A stretch of DNA of 64,000 nt from Candidatus Eiseniibacteriota bacterium (lineage in GTDB: Bacteria > Eisenbacteria > RBG-16-71-46), in the NCBI GenBank assembly GCA_963707915.1, contig OY970178.1:640001-704000 (forward strand), in the 5' to 3' direction. Both the position numbers and the translations under genes were made by a program. Under the pieces are notes generated by a model, which saw nothing but the letters and a program-made list of their open reading frames with translations, did no database searches and had not been told where the DNA came from. Below are positions 44,981-56,982 of the stretch, in pieces (within the stretch, counting starts at the first letter, position 1; each line of letters begins with the position of its first letter).

Positions 44981-45190
44981 TTGCCGATCTACGAATACCG
45001 CTGCAGGGCCTGCATGCACCGTTTCGAGGCCCTGGTCGGACGACCGGGCGAGGCGGTTCCGGAGTGTCCGAACTGCGGAGCGTCACAGTCCGACAAGATG
45101 TTGTCCGCGTTCGCCGTGACCCGAGGGAGCCGCCCGGGCCCGACGGACATGTGCGGTTCCGCGGGCTGCGAGGGTTGCAGCAGACGGTAG
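44981..45190 (+). CDS. FmdB family zinc-ribbon protein (TTG start)
   Basis: PIYEYRCRAC..CPNCG..CGSAGCEGC; SD GAGGTG. Confidence 0.8.
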   Translation: MPIYEYRCRACMHRFEALVGRPGEAVPECPNCGASQSDKMLSAFAVTRGSRPGPTDMCGSAGCEGCSRR

Positions 45191-45269
45191 CCGTCCGGAG
45201 AGCCGCGCCGGACGCGCAGGACACCCATCGACCGGGTCGATGGGCGGGCAGGCACACGGAGGACCAGCC

Positions 45270-45578
45270 ATGACCAAGGCGGACCTGGTGGAGGAGATCG
45301 CGGTCCAGACCGGGATCTCGCGCAACCAAACCGCGGTCATCGTGGACCAATTGCTGGACGCGATGTCCCGGGCACTGAGCGAAGGCAGGCATCTCGAGAT
45401 TCGCGGCTTCGGCACGTTCAAGGTACGCGAGCGCCGCGCGCGGCGGGCACGGAACCCGCGCAGCGGCTGCGAGGTGCTGGTGCCCGCGAAGCTCGTGCCG
45501 GTGTTCAAGCCGAGCAAGGAGCTCAAGGCCGTTGTGCTGGGAGAGGTCGCCGAAGTCGCCGAGCCCGTACTGAGCTGA
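45270..45578 (+). CDS. HU/IHF family DNA-binding protein
   Basis: MTKADLV..EIRGFGTF..ARNPR..PVFKPSKELK. Confidence 0.93.
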   Translation: MTKADLVEEIAVQTGISRNQTAVIVDQLLDAMSRALSEGRHLEIRGFGTFKVRERRARRARNPRSGCEVLVPAKLVPVFKPSKELKAVVLGEVAEVAEPVLS

Positions 45579-45627
45579 TAGACACCGATCGCGGAATGCC
45601 ATCGGGCAAGGGCATGGAGGATGAGGA

Positions 45628-45723
45628 ATGGGGTCAGGCAAGAAGCGCAAGCGTAAGAAGATCGCAACCCACAAGCGCAAGAAGCGGCTCCGCAAGAACC
45701 GCCACAAGAAGCGGATCCGCTAG
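45628..45723 (+). CDS. Small basic ribosomal protein, bS22/COX24-AURKAIP1 type (31 aa)
   Basis: MGSGKKRKRKKIATHKRKKRLRKNRHKKRIR*, SD GGAGG/GAGG; below the ORF-track length cutoff. Confidence 0.85.
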   Translation: MGSGKKRKRKKIATHKRKKRLRKNRHKKRIR

Positions 45724-45784
45724 CCCCACGGAGTCGCCCACCCGACGCCTCATCGGCCGCGCGTACGTCACGCGCGGCCGATGG

Positions 45785-47494
45785 GTGTTCGACCCGGCGC
45801 GCCGCTGGCGAGGAGGCCGCCGGGAGCTGGTGTGGCGCGGGGACCACGAGCCGCTCGACGGCGACTGGTGCATCGCGGAGGTGCCCGACGAGGGCCCGGC
45901 CTTGCTGGTCGAGGTCCTCGGGGCGGACGACCGTCCGGAGTGGGACATCGCGGGTGTGGCGTCGCAGTTCCGGCTCCGCACGCGATTCCCGGCGGCCGCC
46001 GAGCGCGAGGCGCTCGCCCACCACGAACCCGGGGCCCGCGAGCGCCACGGGCGGCTCGACCTGCGGGACGAGTTGGTCTTCACCATCGATCCCGAGGATG
46101 CGCGCGACCACGACGACGCGCTCTCCGTGCGGGATCTCGGCACGGGGCGCTTCGAGGTCGGCATCCACATCGCCGACGTCTCGCACTACGTCGCGCCCGG
46201 CTCGGCGATCGACTGCGAGGCCCGGGCGCGGGGCACGAGCTGCTACCTGCCCGGCGTGGTCGTCCCGATGCTGCCCGAGGCGCTCTCGGGCGACCTGTGC
46301 TCGCTGCGCCCCGGGCGCGACCGGCTGGCCCTCTCGGTCCTCGCCGAGCTCGATCTGCACGGCGCCCTCTTCGGCTGCCGCTTCGCCGAGACGGTGGTCC
46401 GCAGCCGCCATCGACTCCACTACGGGGAGGTCCAGGCGGCGCTCGACCATCCGGGGACGACGGACCCGGCCCTGCAGCAGGCGCTGCAGACCATCCGGAG
46501 CATCGCCCGGGCGCTGCGTCGGCGGCGCGTCGCCGCGGGGGCGCTCGAGCTGGAGCTGCCGGAGGTCAAGGCCTGGGTGGACGCGCAGGGCGTACCGTGG
46601 AAGATCGAGCGCATGCCGCACCTCGAGAGCCACAAGCTCATCGAGGAGTTCATGCTGCTGGCCAACCGCTGCGTGGGGCAGGAGGGGGCCCGGCGCGAGG
46701 CCGGCCTGCTCTACCGGGTGCACGAGCCGCCCTCGCCCCTCAAGCTGGAGGCGCTGGACGCCATGCTCGGGACGCTGGGCCTGCCCCGGCTCGCGTTGCC
46801 GGGGCCCGGCCGGCACACGATCCCGTTCACCGACCCGGCCCGGCCCCTCCAGGCCCTGCTGCGGGCCCCGCTCGACCCGCCGCGGCGGCGGCTCCTGCAC
46901 CGGCTGGTGCTCCGTTCGCTGGCGCGCGCCCGCTACCTCGAGCGCGACCTGGGCCACTTCGGGCTGGCGGCCCGCGAGTACTGCCACTTCACCTCGCCCA
47001 TCCGGCGTTACCCTGACCTCCACAACCACCGCCGCGTCCGCGAGTGGATCCGGTCCCTTCCCCGGCAGGCCTGGGACCCGGTCGCGCTCGAGGCGCTCGC
47101 CCTCGGCTGCAGCGCCACGGAGCAGGACGCGACCGACGCCGAGCGCGAGGGCACCCGCGTCAAGGGGCTGCGCTTTCTCGAGACGCGACTCGGAGACCGG
47201 GGTTCGGGTATAGTGACCGGGCTGGTGCCGCAGGGGCTGTTCGTCGAGCTGGACGACGTCCCCGTGGAAGGGTTCGTGCGAGTCTCGCTGTACCTCGATG
47301 ACGAGTTCACGCTGGACCGGACCGGGGTCCGGATGGTGGGACGTCGGACGCGGCGCCGCTTCTCGCTGGGCGACGCGATCCAGGTCACCATCGCCCGGGT
47401 GGACGTGCCGGCGCGGGAGTGCGACCTTGCGCTGGAGGAGCCCAGGCGGCGCGGAGCGCGCCGGCGGGGCCGCAGCCGCGGTGGGAGGGAGTGA
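45785..47494 (+). CDS. RNase R/RNase II family exoribonuclease (RNB + S1); start uncertain
   Basis: TIDPEDARDHDDALS, VGIHIADVSHYV, IEEFMLLAN, HFTSPIRRYPDL, C-terminal S1 domain. Confidence 0.88.
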   Translation: MFDPARRWRGGRRELVWRGDHEPLDGDWCIAEVPDEGPALLVEVLGADDRPEWDIAGVASQFRLRTRFPAAAEREALAHHEPGARERHGRLDLRDELVFTIDPEDARDHDDALSVRDLGTGRFEVGIHIADVSHYVAPGSAIDCEARARGTSCYLPGVVVPMLPEALSGDLCSLRPGRDRLALSVLAELDLHGALFGCRFAETVVRSRHRLHYGEVQAALDHPGTTDPALQQALQTIRSIARALRRRRVAAGALELELPEVKAWVDAQGVPWKIERMPHLESHKLIEEFMLLANRCVGQEGARREAGLLYRVHEPPSPLKLEALDAMLGTLGLPRLALPGPGRHTIPFTDPARPLQALLRAPLDPPRRRLLHRLVLRSLARARYLERDLGHFGLAAREYCHFTSPIRRYPDLHNHRRVREWIRSLPRQAWDPVALEALALGCSATEQDATDAEREGTRVKGLRFLETRLGDRGSGIVTGLVPQGLFVELDDVPVEGFVRVSLYLDDEFTLDRTGVRMVGRRTRRRFSLGDAIQVTIARVDVPARECDLALEEPRRRGARRRGRSRGGRE

Positions 47495-48030
47495 TGCCGC
47501 AGAAGCGCAGCACCCGGAAGAAGGAGCGGCGCGCGACGGCGCGCGTGGACGCCCGGCTCAGCATGAGGCTCAAGGGCACGCGCGCGGACGGCGACCTCAC
47601 GCAGATCGTGACCGAGAGCCAGAACATCTCCGCGAGCGGCGTCTACTGCCTCTCGCCGCACTACCTGGCCCCGCTCTCGAAGGTGAACCTCGCCATCGTC
47701 CTGCCGCGCCTGCCGGGAGGGCGTGGCACGAAGGACATCATCAGCTCCGAGGGCATCGTGGTGCGCTGCGAGGCCTCGGCGCCGAGGAGCGAGGGCCAGT
47801 ACGAGTTGGCCTGCGTCTTCACCGAGCTCGACGCGAAGCGCCGCGAGCGCATCGAGGAGTTCGTGACCTGGCGCAACCTTCAGGCGTTGCGCGCGGCGAC
47901 CGGCAGCCGGGGCAAGATGGCCGTTCGCGCCCGCGTCGCGGCGAGCGGAGCGACGGCGACCCGCGCGAAGCGCGCAGGGTCCCGGGCGGGCGGCAAGGTC
48001 GCCGGCCGGCGGCGCGAGACCGCGCACTGA
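47494..48030 (+). CDS. PilZ domain protein
   Basis: ERRATAR (RxxxR) and NISASG (D/NxSxxG); basic tail. Confidence 0.75.
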   Translation: MPQKRSTRKKERRATARVDARLSMRLKGTRADGDLTQIVTESQNISASGVYCLSPHYLAPLSKVNLAIVLPRLPGGRGTKDIISSEGIVVRCEASAPRSEGQYELACVFTELDAKRRERIEEFVTWRNLQALRAATGSRGKMAVRARVAASGATATRAKRAGSRAGGKVAGRRRETAH

Positions 48031-48050
48031 CCGCGCCGGTCCCGCGGGGC

Positions 48051-49409
48051 ATGGCAGAGGCTCGAACGTCCGTGGCCCGTCCGCTCGTCGTCCATCCCGG
48101 TCCGCCCCTGCGGGGCGAGTTGCGGCCGCCCGGCGACAAGTCCATCACGCACCGCGCGTACATCCTCGGGTTGCTGGCCGAGGGCGAGACCTCGGTGCTG
48201 GGTCCGAACGCCGGCGCGGACTGCGAGGCGACGCTGCGCTGCGTCCGGGCGCTCGGGGCGCGGGCCGAGGCCACGGCGGACGCGGTGCGACTGCTGGGCG
48301 CCGGCGGCCGGCTTCGCGCCCCGGGCGGCGCCCTCGACTGCGGCAACTCCGGGACGACGCTGCGCCTGCTCGCCGGCGTGCTCGCGGCCCAGCCGTTCGA
48401 GGCGACGCTGACCGGCGATGCGTCGTTGTGCCGGCGCCCGGTCAACCGGGTCATCGAGCCGTTGCGCGCGATGGGGGCCACGCTGTCGGGACGCGAAGGG
48501 GACCGGCTGCCGCCGCTCGTCGTCCGCGGCGGGCCGCTGCAGGGCGTGTGCTTCCCGCACCCCACGCCCAGCGCCCAGGTCGCCAGCGCGATCCTGCTGG
48601 CCGGCGTGCAGGCCCGCGGTGCCACCGCGGTCCGGACCGCCTGGGGCGTTCGCGACCACACCGCGCGCATGCTGCGCCGGTTCGGAGTCCCGGTCGACGA
48701 GCAACTCCAGCCCGGCGCTTCCCGCCTCGTCGGCGTCGCCGGCCCGGCCCGGCTGCGCGGGTGCCCGGTGCGGGTGCCGGGCGACTTCTCGGCGGCCGCG
48801 TTCTTCCTGGCGGCCGCGGCCTCGCGTCCCGGGGCCCGGGTGACGGTGCGGGGGGTGGGCCTGAACGAGAGCCGGATCCAGCTCCTGGACACGCTGCGGG
48901 AGATGGGGGCCCGGGTGGAACTCGGACCGATCGGGGTCGTGGACGGGGAGCCGGTGGGCGAAGTCACCGTGACGGGGCCCGACGAGCTGCGGCCGGCGGA
49001 CATCGCCGCGGTGCAGGTCGCGCGCCTCGTGGACGAGGTCCCGGCCTGGGCCGTGGCGGCGAGCGCCGCCCGGGGCATCTCCCGGCTGCGCGGTGCCGAG
49101 GAGCTGAGGCTCAAGGAGACGGACCGGCTCCGTGCCCTGGCCGACGGCCTGCGGGCCCTCGGGGTCGACGTGGTGGAGTTCCCCGACGGGCTCGACATCC
49201 GTGGCGGCCCGGTCGGCGGGGGGCTGGTGCGTGCCTGTGGAGACCATCGCATCGCGATGGCGTTCGCGGTCCTCGGCGGCCGGGCCGGCGCCCCGGTGAC
49301 CGTAGACGACGCGGCCAGCATCGCCACCTCGTACCCCGGCTTCGTCGACGACCTGCGCTCGCTGGGCGGGCTGGCCGCGGAGCCGCCGGCGGACGGGGGG
49401 ACACGATGA
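48051..49409 (+). CDS. aroA: 3-phosphoshikimate 1-carboxyvinyltransferase
   Basis: PGDKSITHR, DCGNSGTT, SAQV, RDHT, ELRLKETDR, DHRIAM. Confidence 0.95.
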   Translation: MAEARTSVARPLVVHPGPPLRGELRPPGDKSITHRAYILGLLAEGETSVLGPNAGADCEATLRCVRALGARAEATADAVRLLGAGGRLRAPGGALDCGNSGTTLRLLAGVLAAQPFEATLTGDASLCRRPVNRVIEPLRAMGATLSGREGDRLPPLVVRGGPLQGVCFPHPTPSAQVASAILLAGVQARGATAVRTAWGVRDHTARMLRRFGVPVDEQLQPGASRLVGVAGPARLRGCPVRVPGDFSAAAFFLAAAASRPGARVTVRGVGLNESRIQLLDTLREMGARVELGPIGVVDGEPVGEVTVTGPDELRPADIAAVQVARLVDEVPAWAVAASAARGISRLRGAEELRLKETDRLRALADGLRALGVDVVEFPDGLDIRGGPVGGGLVRACGDHRIAMAFAVLGGRAGAPVTVDDAASIATSYPGFVDDLRSLGGLAAEPPADGGTR

Positions 49410-50155
49410 CCTTCGTCGTCACCATCGACGGCCCCTCCGCCGCGGGCAAGAGCACGGTGGCGCGCGAGGTCGCCCGGCGCCTCGGAGTGCTCTACGTGGA
49501 CACCGGTGCCCTGTACCGCGCGCTCGCCCTCAAGCTCCAGAGGCAGGGCGGCTCGCCGGACCGGCCCGGGGAGGTGGACGACCTGCTCGAGGGGACGGTC
49601 CTGGACCTCTCCGGGTCGCCCGACGAACCGCACGTGTGGCTGGACGGGGAGGACGTGAGCGGCGAGATCCGCACCCCGGAGGTGAGCGAGCTCTCTTCGC
49701 GGCTGGCTGCGCTCCCGGTGGTGAGGCGGCGCCTGGTCCGGTTCCAGCGGTCCCTGCGCGAGCGCGGCCCCCTGGTGGGCGAGGGCCGTGACCTCGGGAC
49801 CGTGGTCTTCCCGGACGCGGAGGTGAAGATCTACCTGGATGCCGACACGCTGACCCGGGCCCGGCGCCGGGCCGCGGAACTCGCCCAGCGGGGGCTGCCG
49901 GTCCCCCTGGACCAGGTGGCGGCGGAGACCGAGCGGCGGGACCAGCGCGACCGCACGCGCGCGGACAGCCCCCTGCGGCCGGCCCCGGGAGCGATCACGA
50001 TCGAGAGCGGCGGCAAGGACGTGGAGACGGTCATCGGGGAGGTCCTGAGCGTGGTCCAGGCCGCGCCCGGCTGTCCGCGGCCCCCCCGTGCCGGGTCCGG
50101 CCCGGTGCCCCCCCGGGGGTCCGGCGGCGGTCCCGGGCCGGACCCGGCCGATTAG
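49406..50155 (+). CDS. cmk: Cytidylate kinase
   Basis: IDGPSAAGKST, DTGALYR, EGRDLGTVVFPDA. Confidence 0.95.
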   Translation: MTFVVTIDGPSAAGKSTVAREVARRLGVLYVDTGALYRALALKLQRQGGSPDRPGEVDDLLEGTVLDLSGSPDEPHVWLDGEDVSGEIRTPEVSELSSRLAALPVVRRRLVRFQRSLRERGPLVGEGRDLGTVVFPDAEVKIYLDADTLTRARRRAAELAQRGLPVPLDQVAAETERRDQRDRTRADSPLRPAPGAITIESGGKDVETVIGEVLSVVQAAPGCPRPPRAGSGPVPPRGSGGGPGPDPAD

Positions 50156-50163
50156 GAGTTTTC

Positions 50164-50811
50164 TTGAGCTGGCATTATAGTCTGGCGAAAGTCGTCATCG
50201 GTGTCGTGTTGCGTGCGGCGACCGGTTGGGAAGTGACGGGGCGCGATCAGGTCCCGCGGTCGGGGGGCCTAATCGTCGCTTCGAATCATGCTTCCTTCTG
50301 GGACCCGCCGCTGATCGGTGCCGTCCTCCCCAGGGAAGTGCATTTCCTCGCCAAGGAAGAGCTGTTCTCGAACCCGGTCTTCGGCGCTCTGATCCGAAGC
50401 TACAATGCGATCCCGATCCGCCGCGGCATGGTGGACCTGAGCGGGATGGCCCGGGCGGTCGAGACGCTGCGCCGGGGCGAGGCGATGATGATGTTCCCGG
50501 AGGGGACCCGGATGCGCGACGGCAGGCTTCACCCGGCGCGGCCCGGGGTCGGCATGATGGCGGTGAACGCCGACGTGCCGATCGTGCCGTGTTACATCTC
50601 GGGCAGTGGCCGGCCAGGCAGCTGGCTGCTGCGGAAGGTCAGGGTCCGCATCTCGTTCGGGCCCGCGCGGAAGTGGCAGGACCTGGTCGGACCGGGGGCG
50701 GAGCTCACGCCCGGACGCGCGCTCTACCAGCAGCTCGGGGACGCGGTCATGCGGGAGATCGCCGGCCTCAAGGCCGGGCAGGAAGCGACGGCATCACGCG
50801 GGGTGGTTTGA
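50164..50811 (+). CDS. plsC: 1-acyl-sn-glycerol-3-phosphate acyltransferase
   Basis: NHASFWD, FLAKEELF, FPEGTR. Confidence 0.9.
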   Translation: MSWHYSLAKVVIGVVLRAATGWEVTGRDQVPRSGGLIVASNHASFWDPPLIGAVLPREVHFLAKEELFSNPVFGALIRSYNAIPIRRGMVDLSGMARAVETLRRGEAMMMFPEGTRMRDGRLHPARPGVGMMAVNADVPIVPCYISGSGRPGSWLLRKVRVRISFGPARKWQDLVGPGAELTPGRALYQQLGDAVMREIAGLKAGQEATASRGVV

Positions 50812-50852
50812 ACCGCCCCCTATCTTAATTGTTCAAGGAGGTTCTCATTCCC

Positions 50853-52667
<1,815 letters not shown>

Positions 52668-52708
52668 GCCGGGAACGCGCCTGGCCCGCGGCCAGGCGGG
52701 TGCGCACG

Positions 52709-52745
52709 AACCGGGCGGGGGGCGATCCCCGCCCGGTTTACTTCG
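52709..52745 (+). terminator. Probable terminator after rpsA
   Basis: AACCGGGCGGGG-GGCGAT-CCCCGCCCGGTT followed by TACTTC. Confidence 0.6.
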
Positions 52746-52773
52746 TGCGGCTTCGAGTCCTATCCTGCCGCCC

Positions 52774-53700
52774 ATGCTGGCTGCGCACGCGCTCGTCCTC
52801 CTCGTACTGGCGGCCACCCCGCCGCCCCTGACCGTCCGACAGGTGCTGGAGTCGTACCCGGCCGACAGCCTGTTCGCTCCCCTGGCGGCCCTCGAGAGCG
52901 GCCGTCGCGGAGCGGAGTCGGCGCAGGCGGCCCTGACGCTCGGCCGGCTGCACTATGCCCGCGGCGAGTACCGGCAGGCCGCGGCGGACTTCTCCCGCGC
53001 CGTCCCGCACGCCGATCCCGTCCGTCGCGGCGAGGCCAGTTACTGGACGGGCCTCGCCGCGCTCGGGGCCGGCGAGGTCCGGCAGGCCCGCGCGGCCTTT
53101 GACGAGGCGTCCAGGAGTGGCTCGGCGCGCCGGCCGGAGGCCCAGCTCGGCGTGGCGCTCTGCTGGGAGGCGTCGAACCGGCCCGAGCGCGCGCTCGAGA
53201 CGCTTCAAGCCCTGCTCGCCGGCGACCCGGGCGAGGCCGGCCCGCCCGCCCTGGAACGGGTCGCCGCGCTCGCCACCCGCCTCGCGCGGCCCGAGCTCGC
53301 CCGCCGTGCGCGCGAGCGCCTCGCGAAGGACTACCCACGCAGCATCGAGGCGGTCCGGGCCAGCGGGACGGCCGCCGCCGGGGCCCCGCGCGCCTCCCGC
53401 CCGGGAGCGGGCGCGCCGGGCGTCGCCGCGGCGCGCGTGGCGCCCCCGCCGGTCGCGGCGCAGGTGCCGCTGGCGGTCCAGGTCGGCGTCTTCCGCGAGG
53501 AGGCCAGCGCGCGCGATCTCGCCGCGCGGGCCCGGCGCGAGGGCTTCGGGCCCGCGCGCGTCGCGGTCCTCCCCGAACCGGGAGGCAGGCTGTTCGCGGT
53601 GCGCGTGGGGGTCTACGCCACGGCCGGGGACGCCCGCGCCGCGGGCGAGCGGCTGGGTCGGGCGCTCGGCCTCTCGTGGCGGGTGGTGCCGGTACCGTGA
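52774..53700 (+). CDS. TPR + SPOR domain exported protein
   Basis: TPR-like helices; SPOR-like VQVGVF..A..VRVGVY. Confidence 0.8.
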   Translation: MLAAHALVLLVLAATPPPLTVRQVLESYPADSLFAPLAALESGRRGAESAQAALTLGRLHYARGEYRQAAADFSRAVPHADPVRRGEASYWTGLAALGAGEVRQARAAFDEASRSGSARRPEAQLGVALCWEASNRPERALETLQALLAGDPGEAGPPALERVAALATRLARPELARRARERLAKDYPRSIEAVRASGTAAAGAPRASRPGAGAPGVAAARVAPPPVAAQVPLAVQVGVFREEASARDLAARARREGFGPARVAVLPEPGGRLFAVRVGVYATAGDARAAGERLGRALGLSWRVVPVP

Positions 53701-53714
53701 GGGCGCCCGGAGCG

Positions 53715-56318
53715 ATGGGCCGGACCCCGCTGATGGATCAGTACCTCCGGGTCAAGCGCGAGCATCCCGACGCCTTCCTCTTCTTCCGGCTCGGCGACTT
53801 CTACGAGATGTTCTTCGAGGACGCCACGCGGGGCGCCGCGCTGCTCGGTCTCACGCTCACCTCGCGCAACAAGCAGGACCCCGATCCCATCCCGATGTGC
53901 GGCATCCCCTGGCACCAGCGCGATGCGTACCTCGCGCGCCTGCTGCGGCTCGGTCACAAGGTCGCCGTCTGCGACCAGCTCGAGGACGCGGCCGTGGCCA
54001 AGGGACTGGTCCAGCGCGGCGTCACCGAGGTGCTGACCCCGGGATCGGTCACGGGGGACGCCTTCCTCGACGCCTCGGCCAACAACTTCCTGGCAGCGCT
54101 CTGGCCCGGCCCGGAAGTCCTGGGCGTCTGCCTGGCCGACGCCTCGACCGGCGAGGTCAAGCTCGCCGAGGCGCCATGGGGAGACGCGGCCGGGTTCCTC
54201 TCCCGGCTGCGCGTGGCCGAGTGGCTCACGCCCCAGGAGTCCGACCTGCGCGAGTCGGCGGGGGACGGGCGCCTCGCGGCCGCGCTGCTGGGGCTCCCGG
54301 GCACCCGCAGCTCCGCCTCCGCGCGGCGCTTCCTCGATCTCGGTCTGCCGCGCGCGCGCTGGGACGCGGCCGGCGCGGCCCTGCTCGACGAGCTGCCGGT
54401 CGCGGCCGTGGCCGCCGCGGCGGCGCTCGACTACCTCGACCGCGTGCAGGGCGGCGCGGCGCTCCAGCTCACCCGGGTCGAGCGCTGGGCCGAGGAGTCC
54501 GTGTTGCGCTACGACGGCGCCACCGCGCGCCACCTCGAGCTGTTCCAGGCGCAGCCCGGGGGCGACCCGGCGCACACGCTCTGGCGCCACCTGAACCTGT
54601 GCGCGAGCCCGCTCGGCACGCGCCTGCTGCGCGCGTGGCTCGAGCGCCCGCTCACCGACCTCGCCGCGATCACGGAGCGCCACGACGCGGTCGCCGCCTG
54701 GCTCGGGGCCGGCACCGCGCGCACCGCGTTCCGCGAGCGCCTCAAGGGGCTCGCGGACCTGGAGCGCCTCGCGGCCCGGCTGGCCTGCGCCCGGGCCACC
54801 CCGCGCGACCTCGGGGCGCTGCGGGATTCGCTCGGCCGCCTCCCCGCGCTGGCGGCCGCGCTGCAGGAGCGTGCCGGGGCCACCGCGGGCCCCGCCCCGC
54901 TCGCGGTCGATCCGGTCCTCGAGCGGATGCTGGCGCAGGCGCTGGTGGACGATCCGCCGCCGGTCTCGCGCGACGGCGGCATCATCCGCGCCGGTCACGA
55001 CGAGCGGCGCGACGAACTGGACGCCCTGGCCCATTCGGGGAAGCGCTGGATCGCCGAGCTCGAGTCGTCGGAGCGCGCGCGCACCGGGATCGGCAGTCTC
55101 AAGGTCGGCTTCAACCGGGTCTTCGGCTACTACCTCGAGGTCACGCGGTCCCACCTCGACAAGGTCCCGACCGACTACGAGCGACGCCAGACGCTCACCA
55201 CGGCCGAGCGCTTCGTCACGCCCGCCCTGAAGGCGCGCGAGGCCGAGGTGCTGGGCGCGGAGGAGAAGCTGAAGGCGCTCGAGCACGAGCTCTTCACGGC
55301 GCTGCGCGACCGGGCGGCCGCCCATGTCGCCGGGGTCCTGAACGTGGCCGCCGCGCTCGCGCGCCACGACGCGGAGGCCACGCTCGCCGAGGTGGCGGCG
55401 CGCTACGGCTGGGTCCGGCCCGAGATGGACGATTCGGATCGCATCCGGCTGGTGGCGGCACGGCACCCGGTGGTCGAGCGCCTGCTGGCGCGCGGCGAGT
55501 TCGTGCCCAACGACTGCGCGCTGGACGGCTCGGCCCGGCAGATCCTGCTGTTGACCGGCCCCAACATGGGCGGCAAGAGCACCTACCTGCGCCAGGTCGC
55601 GCTCATCGTGCTGCTCGCGCAGAGCGGCTCGTTCGTGCCCGCCGCGAGCGCGGCGATCGGGCGCGTGGACCGGCTCTTCACGCGCGTGGGCGCGGCCGAC
55701 CGGCTGGGGGCGGGGCAGAGCACCTTCATGGTCGAGATGAGCGAGACCGCGGACATCCTGCGGTCGGCGACGCCGCGCTCGCTGGTGCTGCTGGACGAGA
55801 TCGGGCGGGGGACGGCGACCTACGACGGGCTCGCCCTGGCCTGGGCGGTGACGGAGCACCTCCACGCGGGCGACGGGCCGCGGCCGCGCACCATCTTCGC
55901 GACCCACTACCACGAGCTCACCCAGCTCGCCGGGAGCCTGCCGCGCCTCGCGAACATCCAGGTGACCGTGGAGGACTCGGGTGGCGGCGTGGTGTTCCTG
56001 CACGGCATCGCCGATGGCGCGGCCGACCGCTCCTACGGCATCCACGTCGCGCAGCTGGCCGGGCTCCCGGAGACGGTCCTCGCCCGGGCGCGGGAGGTGC
56101 TCGTGGAGCTGGAGAGCGAACGGACGGTCGAGCACCTCGAGCCGCCCGGACGACGCCGGCCGCGCGCCGCGCGTCCGGCCGCGAACCAGCTGCCGTTGTT
56201 CGGCGCGGACCCGCACCCGGTGCTGGAGGAGCTCCGGCGGCTGGAGCTCGACCGGCTCTCGCCGCTCGACGCCCTCAACCGGATCGCGGGGTGGAAGCGC
56301 TCGCTCGGGACGGGATGA
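53715..56318 (+). CDS. mutS: DNA mismatch repair protein MutS
   Basis: GDFYEMF, TGPNMGGKSTY, STFMVEM, DEIGRGT, FATHYHEL, SYGIHVA. Confidence 0.97.
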   Translation: MGRTPLMDQYLRVKREHPDAFLFFRLGDFYEMFFEDATRGAALLGLTLTSRNKQDPDPIPMCGIPWHQRDAYLARLLRLGHKVAVCDQLEDAAVAKGLVQRGVTEVLTPGSVTGDAFLDASANNFLAALWPGPEVLGVCLADASTGEVKLAEAPWGDAAGFLSRLRVAEWLTPQESDLRESAGDGRLAAALLGLPGTRSSASARRFLDLGLPRARWDAAGAALLDELPVAAVAAAAALDYLDRVQGGAALQLTRVERWAEESVLRYDGATARHLELFQAQPGGDPAHTLWRHLNLCASPLGTRLLRAWLERPLTDLAAITERHDAVAAWLGAGTARTAFRERLKGLADLERLAARLACARATPRDLGALRDSLGRLPALAAALQERAGATAGPAPLAVDPVLERMLAQALVDDPPPVSRDGGIIRAGHDERRDELDALAHSGKRWIAELESSERARTGIGSLKVGFNRVFGYYLEVTRSHLDKVPTDYERRQTLTTAERFVTPALKAREAEVLGAEEKLKALEHELFTALRDRAAAHVAGVLNVAAALARHDAEATLAEVAARYGWVRPEMDDSDRIRLVAARHPVVERLLARGEFVPNDCALDGSARQILLLTGPNMGGKSTYLRQVALIVLLAQSGSFVPAASAAIGRVDRLFTRVGAADRLGAGQSTFMVEMSETADILRSATPRSLVLLDEIGRGTATYDGLALAWAVTEHLHAGDGPRPRTIFATHYHELTQLAGSLPRLANIQVTVEDSGGGVVFLHGIADGAADRSYGIHVAQLAGLPETVLARAREVLVELESERTVEHLEPPGRRRPRAARPAANQLPLFGADPHPVLEELRRLELDRLSPLDALNRIAGWKRSLGTG

Positions 56319-56820
56319 CGGCGGTGCGGCGCCGGCGCGAGCCGCCCGCGGCGGCGATGCGCTCCCGGCGCCACGCCTGCAGGCGCGCCCAGTGCGCCGG
56401 GCGCTCGGTCCGGATCCAGTCCTCGAAGTCCGCGGGCGTGGCGAACCAGGCCCGGATGTCCGAGAGCGGCAGCCAGCGCTCGCACGAACGCGGGTCGTAC
56501 TCCCGGCACATCACCGGATGCCGGCCGTGGATCGCGCAGCGATCGTCCGCGGCCAGTTCCGCGCACCGGGTCTCGAAATGCAGCGACCAGCGCTCCGGGC
56601 GCTCCACGTAGAGCTGGACGCCGCGGTGGTGCAGGGCCCAGATCCACTGGTCGTATTCCCACGGAGAGCGCGGCGCGTCGACTTCGACGGTGATGTAGGT
56701 GCAGCACTTGACGCAACCGCGGCACAGCGCCGCCGTCTCGGCCCGGCGCAGCGCGAGGGAGGGCCGGGTGTCCTCGGCGGGAGCCGGGCGGCGCGGGGGC
56801 TGCCGATCTCGTCGTTTCAT
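56275..56820 (-). CDS. YkgJ-family cysteine cluster (Zn/Fe-chelating) protein
   Basis: CRGCVKCC..C..CAIHGRHPVMCREY. Confidence 0.8.
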   Translation of the reverse strand: MKRRDRQPPRRPAPAEDTRPSLALRRAETAALCRGCVKCCTYITVEVDAPRSPWEYDQWIWALHHRGVQLYVERPERWSLHFETRCAELAADDRCAIHGRHPVMCREYDPRSCERWLPLSDIRAWFATPADFEDWIRTERPAHWARLQAWRRERIAAAGGSRRRRTAVIPSRASASTPRSG

Positions 56821-56982
56821 GGGGTCCCTGTATAGCCCAAGCGGGCCGGGGAGCCAAGCGGACGAGGCGCGACGGGCGCCCCTCTCCGACGTCGGCCCGG
56901 GGCGGCATCGCCGGCGAGGGTCACGGGCGGGCAGCGGTCCCGCGCGCCCGCCCGCGACCCTCGCCCAGGATGCGGCGGGAGC

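Noticed and set aside
56275..56318. 44-bp tail-to-tail overlap of mutS and the YkgJ-family gene
   Set aside because: Short convergent overlaps are common in GC-rich genomes.
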